Shown piece after piece: positions 1-13,500 of a DNA stretch of 64,000 nt; position 1 is the first letter of the stretch; each line of letters opens with the position of its first letter. Origin of the DNA: Antedon mediterranea (Eukaryota; Animalia; Echinodermata); assembly GCF_964355755.1 (NCBI RefSeq), contig NC_092675.1, positions 27,562,912 through 27,626,911 on the forward strand, written 5' to 3'. The notes under the pieces are model-generated. The model saw only the letters and a program-made list of their open reading frames with translations. It did not search any database and was not told where the DNA came from. A program made the position numbers and the translations under genes.

Positions 1-10
1 GATTGTTTTT

Positions 11-1608
11 TTAGGTGATCATTTAGAATAAAATGATCACCTATTGTTATTGTATGAAATCTTTATTCTTCTTTTTCTTATTCTTATTATTTATTTCTCT
101 CTGTACAAATTTGTGTAACAATTATCTCAAAAAGTTTAATGTAAATGATTACCAAAATTTTACAATGTCTTTCAAATACTGTAACTTAGTCCTAATAAGC
201 TTTTCAGCGTGATCACTCATCCATGACGTCGCGTATACGCCATTTTGTGAAATCACATTGTCAATCATATCTCCATAATTCATTATCACATATTAATGAA
301 ATTCACTACACGTAAACTTCAGGTCAAAGGTAAAAGTATTAGCAAATAAAAAATTGCGTGTTTCAAGGTCATGCGCGTGAAATCGCGCATTAAAATTTTA
401 AAAAGCTCAAAATTAAGTTTTGATCAATTTAGAGCATGAAATAGGCCATTTGCGTGTTTCAAAAAATTACTGCGCAAAAACATATTTTTGGCTACGCGAG
501 TTTTAAAAAGCGTAAAAAATAAAATTTGATGTATACATCACATTCTACTCACAATCCTTAGTACATTCTCCAACTTTGAGTCCATTCCGACTTAAAATAA
601 CGCTATACAAGCACGGTAAATATGACAAAATGCGCACATTAAATGTACAAAAGTGCTAAAAATGGTAAAAAGTAGGGCCTTTTTAAAATGAATATAACTT
701 TTCAGAATGAAAGGTGACCCCAATTTTTTTAACTTATTATGGAAGCCAATGAGTTGTATAAATAAATGTATATACACAGTAGACGTACAAAATGGTATGA
801 CGTCATCATTTGGCCACATGAATTTTGAAAATAGGGGTTTTTCCCCTTTTGTCATAGACCACCATATTCAACAGAGCGCAACTCGCTTATCTGTTATCGA
901 TTTTCTTTTAATTTTTAACACATTCTACCTCAACCAATTATGTTACTTATAAGTTGCCAATATTTTCTTTTGGATAACGTTATCATGTCTTAAAATTTAA
1001 ATAACGGTGGTTACGTAATTTTACCTACAACGTATATTTGAATACCTTACAGCTCTTCTGAATTAAAGTTGACCTCGATGTTTATAATTTAGTATGATAG
1101 CTGGTGAAATGTAGATATGAATTCATACAAAAATTAAGCCTATCAGATGTTGTGACGTTATCATATGGCCAGTTGAAGTTAAAAAGTAGTTTTTTCATAT
1201 CTTTCGTAAAAGTTATACAATTTTTAAAGAGCGCGCACAGCCCTTCTACGTGCCAAATTTTCTTCCAATTGTTATATTTTATTGCTAAATTCATTATTTT
1301 TCAATATTGTTGTCCACAAGTTTTTTTTGATAATGTCATTAGTGCCAAAAACTTAGAACATGATGTGTGTCCGTAATTTCACCTATGCTACACTGTATAT
1401 AGATATACACAGTACAGTATATACTGTACATATTGTATTATGGCATATAATAGGCACAACTCAGCACTATAAGCGTATAATAGGATGGCATACATCAACA
1501 TTTTCCGATTGTATGTTAACATACGTGCATGTTTCAAAAATATGAATGTCAATAAAATGATAAAAATGATCACCTATAATTCGTCAAAGTGACGAATTAA
1601 ATTCTAGT
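11..1608. mobile_element. Non-autonomous Helentron-associated (HINE/DINE-1-like) element, long copy
   Basis: Begins TAGGTGATCATTT-agaata-AAATGATCACCTA (subterminal IR plus partner), followed by a TTC/TTA microsatellite-like tract. Ends AAATGATCACCTA, stem-loop AATTCGTCA-aag-TGACGAATT, then aaattCTAGTT. Both ends recur at 62752-63147. Confidence 0.75.
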
Positions 1609-2000
1609 TAATAAACTTGAATTTGAATTAAAATTTAGAATTAGTTGATATTGATAGTTAAAACGAACACGAATGATATAACTATCCAGAAAAGGATTTC
1701 ATTTATCTTCTTTGATGTAATTTTGTATGAGATTGCCCACTTTTTTTTGTAAAAATGAAAGGCGTCTCTAAAAGCAACAACTAAAATAAAACAAACATTC
1801 GTCTTTATATTTACTTGTTTATATATTTTTTAAAAACTTAATGTCACAGAGCCCACACTGTCAGTGTGACTCTTCGTAAAAACCTTACATTTTTCACCGA
1901 TGGTCCCCTGTCACACGTATGGAATCTGGACGATTCTTTTCTTTTCATCCATTTTTATGCAAACGTATCGTAACCAACATTTATTTGTCAAGATACGAAC

Positions 2001-3155
2001 CTTTTGTTGCAGCATTGACGATGATGACCAGTAAAGAACCTAAATAACATCCTAGGCCAGCTGTAAAAAGATACAATCCCAGCAGAACGCCTTGCAACAC
2101 CTTTGGAGCCTGTGAATATGCAAATTCCATACCTAGAAACGGAACATAACACAAACTAGTAATTTTCTCTTGCTATGAGAAAGAATTAACGGAAATTGTG
2201 CACCTGATTCGTGATATTTAGCTTCTTAATTTATTGTTACTAAAGGCCTATTAAATAATAATTCTTTACAATTTTATACTCACCAGTAATGTTTGTGAGA
2301 ATTTCACTTGCGCCAAAAATAAAATACTGCGGTATTTGAGCGAACACTGTCATGGTAGACGCATTGTATGACGCATTGGCAATAATTTGATCTGTATATC
2401 CACCGTTCTCCATAATGTTTTTTCTACTAACTTCAACACCGGCGGCCACTACCATTGCTATGGCACCTAAGAACATTCCAAATCCTAAAAATACAAACAA
2501 ATTTTATTTTTAACTTTAAACGAATCCCTTTGGCCATTTCGATGTACGTAGTCCTGAAGCTCAAGATATAAGCCTAATAGAGAAATACTCAGCTTGAATT
2601 AATATTAATAAGTATCTCTCTTCAAGGAATGTATTTCTGTGATCGGATTTGGTGCTGACTACATTATTACAAGATAGTGTCCACCACTTCAGCCTTACCA
2701 AGGCCTAGGTGAGACCATGGTAATGTGGACCGAAAAGTACACCATTAAAAGCCAATGTCAAATAATAGTGCAGCTCCATCTTAGAGGTTAACGTGCTTGG
2801 TTGCCTTCCAATCCCAAGGTCCGGGGCTCAATCATGACTCAGTGCCCGGGTTGTAATTCACGACTCTTTCACCTCCGCTCCCAAGCCTCAAATGAGACTT
2901 AGTTTATAAGCACGATAAATTATAAATATACGGCAGTTTAATTGGCGAGTTTACTTGCGTATGCGTGATATAATACTATATATATATATAAATCCAAAGG
3001 CAAATTACTGAAAAAAATGACAATGCTGTGGGTATCAGTAGCTGGATCTCAATGGAGATACAAAAATAAAAAGCGAAAAGCTAAATCAAAACGATAAAGT
3101 AAACAGCCAGAAAAGTTAGCAGAGCTTTCGGGCAACACTAGCCCTTCATCAGTGC

Positions 3156-3216
<61 letters not shown>

Positions 3217-5979
3217 AAACTACGATTCAGGTCAGTTATTGGAGAACTTCCTCATTTGGTATAGAAGGGACTTAAGACAACTTAAATAATCAATGAAATG
3301 CTACAACAGTTTGAGAACTTCTAAGTTACAAGGATGATGTAGTTTCATACGCACCAGCTTTGGTGAATAGTGTAGACTATGTATTACTCTTCTCAGGTGA
3401 AAAAAACAAATCATCTTACCCATCCGCTTAAGCTGCGTCAGTTTGAAGCCCAAGTAGTCACATAATGGATATACTACAGTATCCATCAACGGAATCAAAA
3501 GTAAAATACTAATTTTATTGAAGACACTAAGCGATGCAACGGGAAAGGTGAAGTCACCGTAGACCAGGTTCATCCTCTCTCCTTGGAGAACAAATGAAGT
3601 TTGCATCTGGAATGAAAGTACTTTCATTGTAATATATAATAAGTAATATACTATAACTCGTGTTCTTTCTTTCCTTTCCATCAACATAGTAACGAATTAT
3701 AATAAATCATCCTAAGTAAACAGTTGTTGGTAAAATACCCAGTCTTCTTCGACGTATTCATCACTAGTCATCATTTACACACATCCCATAGGTCTTAACA
3801 AGACACCATATGGCAAAGCTTATAAATATACCGTACCTGCACATACACTGTCCAGTACAACATTGTACCAAACAGCACTGGCATAATTCTTGCCATCAAT
3901 TTCACTTCTTCTACATGCTTACTTCGGAAAGTACCTCCATTTTCTTCCTTAGCCCGGTCAAGAAAACTTGAATTTTCCTCATCAGTTTTGCAGCTACTAG
4001 ACGAAATTGCCTGACCGACAATGTTGAACATTCTTGACAGTATGCTACCTGCAAGTTACACATATTGTTTTATTTTAACAATTTAAAAATGTGTAACATT
4101 ATGAATAATTCAAAGTCAAACTACTGAAAGCATGACAATGCTGTGGCGGAATCTCAATGGAGATACAACTTGAATAAGATAGATAAATAAACAGCCATGG
4201 CTAATGAGAGTACTTTATTACGAATAATAACTTGAAAGGTTTCCCTATAGTCCAAAAATTCACTTGCTTGTAACTTGCTTGTTTCCGTCACAAGGTTTTG
4301 TCTAATGTCAGTAATATCTAAATGTGGTCTTGTTATCTGTTGATTTTTGCTTGTATATATTATATTATATTTTATGACTTTCAACCCTGTTAATGGTGAC
4401 GTTTGGTCACTGTAGGGTGATGATGAAAAAAAAACACTCTTGGTGGCGTGGGCTATAAATACGAGGGAAAGACTTATGCTTTCACAATCGATTGTTCGGA
4501 TGGATACATCATTTGATTATAATTATCAAATTACTTTCGCTATATCGTCCTTGCATTGTCACCTAGTACGACTCACCTTCTGGTGGTGTTGTTATATATT
4601 TTTTTCTTCCAGCCAACAAAGCTAGGCCAGCAAATATAATAGAAGCAGCAGGAATTGTATAACCCCAAGCAAAGCTGATCTCTTGCTGAATATAAACCAC
4701 AATAGTGTAAGCAATAATCGATCCAATGTTGATGAACCAATAATACCTGAAAGAATGAAACATTATTTTGCCATAAGAGTAGTACTGCTATAAGTTTATC
4801 AGCTAAAATATTTATCGGTATTGGTTCTCTTAGTTTTGGACCATAATTCATCTATCCGTCATTTTGGGTGTATATAATGTATATATTTCAAAATTTGCGC
4901 AGCAATATTCTTGCCATAGGTTTACAGTTTACTTAATTTCAAATGTATACTTTTCTTACAAAATCATAGTAATTTTAGAAGTTTACAAATACCAATGTTC
5001 TTACCAATTAAAATAAGTTTGTATAACGCCATCTCCCAAGTCTTCAAGTTGTTGAACACCGAATGGGGCAACCGTTGTTTTGATTCCTCCAGATCCGATA
5101 GCAACTAACGATAAAGCTGATATATACAATATTCGCTGTTCAGATAAAGAAAGTCCTCCGCCGTTCAGTTTTTCGTAGTCAATCGAGATTATAGGTAGAA
5201 TGATTGTACCTACAATAGTTCAAATAGATAGAATTTTACTATTATTAATTTAATCAGTAATTAGTTCAACCAATGTATAAAAGTATAAGGGAAGTTGGTT
5301 TTGTGATGATAAAATGTGGCATTTTCTAGGAAACTAAGCTTCGGCATACTGTAATGGCACAATCAAATCAATATAGAAATACCATACGACTCTTTGGCCA
5401 TACCGAGAATATCTGAAACACTCAGAATATTAAAATTTGCAGAGGTAATTTCAAATTCTATGGATTACGCTGCAGGCCAAACATGGGCTAGCAAAGCTAA
5501 AAATGGAAGGCCAACGCTATAGCATTATAATGGTGAAATAAGGATGACAATGAATTCGAATGGATTAAAACTATATTACATTGTACGAATAATTACGAAC
5601 AAGTACGCTTACCAATTCCATAAATAAATAATGAACAAAATATTGTTTTAAGTTTTCCCAAAAAAGAATCACTTATAAGTCCGCCAAAAAGAGGTGTGGT
5701 GTAAACAAATCCGGTAAAAACTAGCGATATTGACGAAGCAGCCGCACTGCTATAGTCTAGCTCGATTGTTAAATACAACACAAGATTTCCAACGATTCCG
5801 TAATAAGTTAACCGCTCACAGAGCTCACAGAGTAGAATACACAAGACAACAAAGTATCGGTTACTGATAGAATCGGGTTTCTTTTTTTCCTCTTCATCTT
5901 CACAACTTGAATAAGTACATTTTGTATTTGAAAGAAGCAATGTCTTCTCATCATCAGTAAACTCTAAGCTCATACCCAT
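2001..5979 (-). CDS. SLC15A4: SLC15A4-like proton-coupled oligopeptide transporter (POT/PTR2 family); 3' end incomplete
   Basis: Phase-consistent GT-AG exons 5979-5613, 5209-5005, 4746-4577, 4048-3837, 3606-3420, 2484-2284, 2132-2001. Motifs: ELCERLTYYG (ExxER), GGLISDSFLGK (PTR2), GSGGIK, WYYWFINIG, QIPQY, EFAYSQAP, N-terminal acidic dileucine DEKTLL. No TM12 exon found in the window; the donor at 2000 (GTTCGT) is weak. Confidence 0.9.
3159..3213. repeat. (TA)n microsatellite in an SLC15 intron
   Basis: Perfect TA dinucleotide run of about 55 bp. Confidence 0.97.
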
Positions 5980-6840
5980 TCTGCACACTTTATAATATCA
6001 GTCTTTATTGAAGGTACAGTCTAAGTCTGTCGATCGCGGACAATATTCCGATGCTTAATTGGTTAATATGCAAAGTTTGTGAAATAACTACCAGCCAAAT
6101 CTTTAATTATACATTCCTTTGATCAGAATACAGCTCGATTACCATACATCTATTATATGTACAGGTAATTGTTTCACTTATTTGTTATTCTAATATACAA
6201 TTTATTTTTGATATCGGTAAAAATATCGAAATACATTGTTACTTTGTATATTCTTTGTTTTGTAAAAAAAGTAGTTAATATTAGTTAGAACAGATTAAAT
6301 AACACATTTATTTTTGAATGATAATAAAATGTATGTATACATATGATGAATTCGTTCGTAATATGAAATTGTATGTCATGATCATGTTTAGAAGTACGAA
6401 AGCACAAAATATATCAATGTAAAAAAAAACCAGGTAACGTAAATGTAACGTAAAATAAGACAGACAAAAAAAGTATAACCGAACAAGGTGAAAATCAGAC
6501 ACACAGCCTATTCAATTTGAAATTATTATTATATTTTGTAATAATTAGCAATCTAGATCATCATACGTACAATAGTACGCAGCACTGCAAGTTTACAGGC
6601 AAGTTTAAATAATTTAGTCCAAAATAGAAAATTAAAGTACTTAATTAAAAAAAAAATGAAACTTAATAATTCAATTATTTTTCTAATACGATTCGCTATT
6701 TGACTAATAAAGCATGGACGATATCACAATGCAAACAAGTTTTACGTAATTTTTTATGTATTGTGTTTATAATAGTGAGCAGTGATACCCGCATATCTTG
6801 ATTAACACATGACATTTGCTCATTTAGCACGCGCGTCAAA

Positions 6841-9371
6841 ATGGCCGACGAGGAAGATCAGTCGACTGTGGAAGATCGGAACAACAGCATGTTTTGGGTT
6901 TGGATTCTCTGTTGCCTAGGATGTGTATTTATTGTAATTGTCACGGCCCTGAGGTGTTTACGCATGCAAGAACAAGATGTGGATGCCGTACCGTATTCTT
7001 GTCTGTACATAGGTAGGTCTTCTTAACCCTAACATAGTTTTGATGTAAATTGGTGTTTGATAAAGTGAGAGGGTGTGTATTGAATGATCTATAAACTTAA
7101 CAAGAAGATTGTGCAACAATGTGGGTGGCTATAGTAGAGACCTACCAGAGATTAAATATAAGTATGCATTTGATAATGCAAATTTTTTTTAAATCGAATA
7201 CAAAATATAAATATTAATTATTTCATGCCTATTGTACTTCTTACCATCCATATTCGTACAAAACTATGATCAGCATACTGTACGTATTAATACTATTTAG
7301 AATTTACGTACACCGTTGCTCAAATGCACAACAATTTCACCCAAAGTGTATGGGGTTTACACTCTTAGGCCTATTTATTATACAGTATTTCAAATATTGA
7401 AAATTGAATGTGTATTTAAATTCTAATAAATACTATCAAAGCCAATTCAAAGTCAATAATGATAATCACACAATTAATATTAAAAGCATAATATAGACCA
7501 AATATCATTTAATATAGTGTAAATTTGATATTTACAGATAGTACGTACAGTGATTTTATTGAAGTTCTCCGGAGTTATTTCAAAAAGCCAAAACAAGCAA
7601 GCAATCGAAAACAACTCATAAGCAGCATCAACAAAGTGTGGTCACCAGATGAAAACAAAAACCCCGTACTTGTCAGTTTGTCATTCAAGACAGCTCTTGA
7701 TCTCTTTCTTAGGATTCAAAAATACCCACCAGCTTCAGAAATCATTCTGACTGCCATCAACATACCAGATGTTGTTCAAATCCTCAGCCATCATGGGATT
7801 AAGGTGGTTCCAATTGATATTCATAAAGAAACTATGGCACCTAATATAGAACATCTTGATCAACTTCTGACAGAAAAGACAGTGGCTCTTATTGCCACAC
7901 ATCTGTTTGGTCGTTCGTTCGATATGTCAGCGGTAATTGAGCGCGCGAAGAGTCACGGGATACACGTCTTGGAAGATCGTTCACAGTCGTTTAATGGGCT
8001 GCAAGATGTTGGCGATCCTGAATCAGATCTGACGTTTTTTAGTTTCGATGTTACACAACAAAACACGACATTTGGTGGAGCTGTTATTAAAGTTAAAGAT
8101 AGACTACTTTACAACAAAATGCTGAAATTATACGACTCATATCCATTACAAAAGGAGCATACTTACGTAGCAGATGTCTTTAAATTTTCTGTTATTTCTG
8201 TAGTTCTTAATAATCCAGTGTTAACCAACTTTGGAACAACTTTGTTCCGATTTTTTAAGAGAGACATGAGGAAGTTGTTCAACCAACTGTTAACTGCTCC
8301 CAGCACATCAGGTTTGATTCGAGGATTAAGATTCCAGCCTTCGAATACACTACTCTACATGATGGAAAAACAGTAAGTTAAAGCATTCAGAAACTTGATT
8401 GCATCTCTCCCGAAATCAATCATAACATTGCCTTCTTAGCCGAATAAATATATATTTATTTTCCCTATATTTCTCTTTTTCAATCAAAAATGTTATTATT
8501 GTGACGTATGTATTGGTATTTATTGTGACGTATTTGTCTGTCTGTATTGGTATTTGTTTGCAAGAAGATAAGAAGACGTTTCGTGGCCAAGTAGGCCCAA
8601 TAAGGACAATGGGTTGAAGTAATATCAATGAGTACCATGTTCACATATTTGTTGAATTCTAATGTCTTTTTGATAGATTCACTTGTTTTGATGAGGATAT
8701 GTTTAAAAGAGGGCGGGAAAGTGGCGAATATGTGAGTGATCGTCTGCCACAGGTTGCCGAGAAAATTGGAATGATGGCTAAGCACAAGGGTTACTGGCTC
8801 TTTCCAATCATTGTGGTAAGAAAACACGCATTATCGTATCAATTTATCAAAAACCAAAAAGTGATGTCAAAATTACTATCATTAGTCTATTTAATATTGC
8901 TATTTGTTCTATGGACCATTTTATCTTATTTTATTGCAGGAAGATGCAGAAGAGGTGACCAAACGACTTAACAATCTTGGAATCGATGCTTCACGGGAAG
9001 TTGCACATTTGCAGTTGATTAAGAATGATGACGTAGAAACCTCGGCAGACGATTCGTTGGATGTTTCCAAATACATATTAGAATACGTAGTCTACCTTCC
9101 CGTTCATAAACGTGTCAGAATTTTCTACTTAGATCAAATCCTGCTTGCTGTTGAAATAGTTCTCAATAAGCTCGCTATTTTAAAACGCTTTGATAAAGGA
9201 TATGATAAAGGACATGTCGTAAATATTGACGAAATCGCTGAAGACGATATAAAAAACCAAGAGCCGTCCGTTAGTGGTGGCGGCAGGCGTGTGAATGGAA
9301 ATAAGAGGAAGACCGTCACATTCTCGCCAATGGTTACTGTTCGTCGAAGTCATAGAATGAATGACCAATAA
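6841..9371 (+). CDS. DegT/DnrJ/EryC1/StrS-family PLP-dependent aminotransferase-like protein with N-terminal transmembrane helix; probable pseudoenzyme
   Basis: Exons 6841-7012, 7538-8372, 8677-8815, 8940-9371 are phase-consistent. Family motifs: TALDL, VVPIDI, KTVALIATHLFG, VLEDRSQS, TFFSF..FGGA, YWLFPI, VVYLPVH. Exon 1 encodes the hydrophobic stretch FWVWILCCLGCVFIVIVTAL. Confidence 0.82.
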
Positions 9372-10587
9372 TCCAAAATATAAAATAACTACACACCAGT
9401 TTCAACTAAATTCGTACGCCTGCCTAAGGAAGGATATGTCCAAAGAGAGAGTTTGTCAAAACAAGTTTCAACAATTACACGGCCGGTCACACGACTTTTT
9501 AATGCGGGAGTAGGCCTACGTTAAAAATGTACTAAGATTCCCTGGTCGTTAACGATTTATCATTCTGCCCACATCAATTAAATTATTAAAAGTTGATAAT
9601 TTAAAGTTGACTTCATGGTATTTTTGTTTTAAACAATTTGAATGTACAAGTTAGACACAAGCTTCAGAGTAAAATAGATACATTTTATTCCAAATTTTTT
9701 CAATAGCGCCCTCTTTTAAATCGAGGGTATGTATAGATTTATTGGAAATTACCAATAGATGAGTCGTTCTAAAAATATCAAAATGAACCCGGTTCCGGTT
9801 CGATTCTTTCTTTGATACAATGAATCTGCAGTAGGCCTACGTGTCGGAGTGTTTTTACAGAGAAAGATTATATAATAAGGTAGGCCTAGTTGTCGGGCTA
9901 GTTGTATATGATAATGATTTTATTAAACATTTACTATTAACCGAATCTAAAAATAAACTCTATTTGTATACCAATTACTCCTTCGATTCATTGCAGGTTT
10001 ATGCACATAGGTTTAGGTTTAAAGCATATAACAGGGCCCGGCGATTAATGTTATTAGCACCGTACTGGGCCTGAGGTTTTGATCATCATTACTACCGTTA
10101 GCAGTAGAAAATGTCACGTACATTGTCTCCATTCATCACAGCAAGGGGTGGGGGTGGTCGGGACTGAGACCTACGCGGACATGCAAAATAAAACCGTACT
10201 TTTAATAATTGCAATTTGATTGTTATATGCATGTATGAAATACATTAGGCCTAATGATAATTACACTAGGCCCAACTGTAGGATTAACTTGAGAGATAGA
10301 TGGCATTACTTTTTTAGCATAATGTCATACAAATAAATTAACTATAATTAACAAAAGTCAGCAATTTGTGTGACATCATTCGTGTCACGTCGGATTTAGT
10401 GCATGCTTAGTTTTAAATAGGATCAACCCTCACCCCCCCCCCCCCCCCCACCCTCATTGATTATCTGGACGCAAGATGATTGAATTATGGGTAATGAGTT
10501 TTCATCACCCAACTGTTTGTGTTAGTTGTGTTTGTTGTCTTTTGTTACAGGTTTAAATCACATTGACAAGCTGTAAGTAACTTCAAA

Positions 10588-13500
10588 ATGACTGCCGTAA
10601 AATTTACCAATGAAGAAGATTTGAAAGTTGTACTGAAAATATTGCCTGATGAACTCAAAGCTAGTGAAAATAAAGTAAAGTTTATTTTATCTGATTATGT
10701 ACCATCAAGCAAAGATAAAGACTTATTTACCATCTTTCAAGAACTCATTGATCGAAGGATAATTTCACCTAGTAAAGTCGACTTGCTTTGTGAATTATTG
10801 AAGTTAGTTGGACGTGAAGATCTGTTGGCACGCCTACCTGAAGCAGGTAATTTAAAGTTGATCTCTCAATATAGACGAATGCTGGTTGACGTTGGAAATC
10901 ATCTGGAAAAACACGATTGCGAAAACATATCATTTGTATACATCAACACTCACTCTGTTTGTACGCCATGGAGCCTACTATTGTGTATGGAAAGGAAATG
11001 TGTTTTTGAAGATAGAAAGCAAACTCTAACGTCATTCGAGACATTTTTGCGGAACACTGGTTGCAATCGTGCCGCAACCTTTGTGAAAAAGTATCTTGGA
11101 GATGACCCAGGTAAGCATTATACTTACACTTTTATATACTATTTAGATGTGACAATTTGGTATTTTTTAAAATCTTGAATTCCATTTCAGAAATTATCGA
11201 CAGTGCTGTTAAAACTCTATCAGACAGATATTGCAAGTTCTGTAAAGTTGTGAAGCCACTGCCATGGGACTCTAGGGGCGGTTGCATGGAGCTCAAGGAC
11301 ATTTTTATCAATCTTAACATTGTTTATGAACATGAAGACTACAGAGCAGACTTTTCATTTCCAGAATATGACATGATGTTTGATCCTACTAGAAGCGAAA
11401 ATGATAACCATTATCGTGTCTTGATTCGTGGAAGAGCTGGAACTGGAAAAACAACAATACTACAGCGAATGTCTCTTGACTGGGGTGAATCTGTTCATAA
11501 TAATTTAAGTAGTAAAGAGGATAATAGCAAGAGTAATGTCAAGTATCTCAAGAAGTTTAAACTACTGTTCCTTCTGGAGATCAGAAAGTTCAAATTCGGT
11601 CAGTCTTTATTTGATGCAGTTCACAAACAGCTTTTACACGGGTTTTCGGAAAGCGATATCAGTGTCATAGAGAAGTACATAAAGTCTGATCCTTCACAGG
11701 CTGTGTTTATGTTAGACGGGTACGATGAACTCACCCAAAATGTAGGTGATTATAAGTGCGAATCGAAATTACTTGATGTATTACGATGTGATACATTTCC
11801 AAAGTGCCATATGGTGGTGACAACTAGACCACATCGATCCAAAGATTTCAAAAAAATTCATATGCTTTATAAGCACTTTGAATTGACAGGATTCACAAAG
11901 GAAAACGTAGAAGAATTTGTAAAGAGATATTTTACTAAACATCCAGAATCTGGAGAGGGATTGATGAAATACATTAAGGATGTTAATTTCGTGGAAGGTA
12001 TTGCAGAGATTCCCATAATGACAGCTATCATGTGCTTTCTCTGGAAGAAGCGTTCTGCAAACAAATCTAAATCAACAGATCTACCAAAGACTCCAAGCAG
12101 ATTGTATCAACAATTGTTTGACTTTCTAACACATAATTATAAACACAAAACAGACGGCAAAGACGATACATTGTGTCCGAAGCAGGTGTTATGCGATGTT
12201 GGTAAAATAGGTTTACGTGGGTTAGAGGTTGATACCGGTGGTCTAATATTTAGCTTAAAAGACAAAGATGATCCTCAGAAAATTGCTATTAAAGGTGCTT
12301 GTGAAATTGGCATTATGCATACACTTCGTGAAGAAGAAGATCCAGATGATCCATTTATGATGACAGAGGAAGTACAGTTCTTTCACAAATCAGCTCAAGA
12401 GAAATGTGCCGCCATTTATTTGGCAAGCTTACTTGAAAAAGACCCCACACAGTTTCTAAAACATCTAGATATGGTGAAATCTGTTCGGAAAGCATTAGAT
12501 ATGCATCTGCTGTTGAAGTTTACGTGTGCAGAGAGCTATAAAGCAGCAAATCTTGTTCTTAAGAAACTTGGTGATATTTACAAACAATATCCGCAGGTAA
12601 CGTGGGAAACTTTCTACAAGGGAGATTTAAAGATTGAGGAAATAAAGGAAATGCAACAATTCTTGGAACTGTGCATTGGGTGCTATTTTGAAGCAGAGAA
12701 GTATGCCAGCAAACTTGCTTGTGATATGACAACTGTTTTTCCAGAGGGACGTATACGATTCACTGGTATTTCAAACTATACTGCCATGTCCCTTGCATAT
12801 TTGTTGAAGAACACTGGTTTTATTCGTCACCTAGAACTCCTGTATCTTGGAGTAGAGGACAACACACAAATTCGTGCCCTTATGGATAAGATTCCATCTT
12901 GCAGACGCTCTTATACAGAGAAAGTCACAGAGATTTCTTCATCTGAAGGCGAAAAGGTCAAGTTTGTCGAGAGTTTTAAACAATGTATTCCAGAACAGTC
13001 TTTTCTAAGAAAAATTCCTGTAGAGCAGATGTATGGCATTTATCCAATGTACGAAACATTGACGAAATGGCAAGCAAAAGAAATTAATTTGGGAATCGTA
13101 TTTGACGGAATGACAGAAAGTGTAAAATCTGTAACTATTTCAGGTATGCAAATGAAAGGACCACAATTTTCTGCATTTGTGAACATGTTAAACAGATTAA
13201 AAACACTAGATAGTCTTTGTTTGAACAGTAATGACCTTCAGCCAAAAGATTTAGAAGACATTTCTGTTTGTGTTGGTGAGATGTCGAATCTGAAGGTTCT
13301 TACGCTATCAGGAAATCATGTATCTGAGGGTTTTCCAAGTTTAATCAAACATTTAGAAGCAGGGAAGCTTAAAATGATGGAAGAATTATGGATTGAGAAT
13401 TGTGAACTGTCAGCAGACACACTATGCGATACGATTGAGACATTTTCAAACACACCACACATGAGAGTCCTTGATATACGATTGAATAAAATAGACAATT

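Noticed and set aside
592-1573. Six short ORFs in the first 1.6 kb
   Set aside because: They lie inside the Helentron-like element and show no recognisable protein motif or exon structure.
10433-10451. Poly-C run and nearby G-runs as a G-quadruplex upstream of the NLR
   Set aside because: Simple homopolymer in a 5' UTR intron with no further support.
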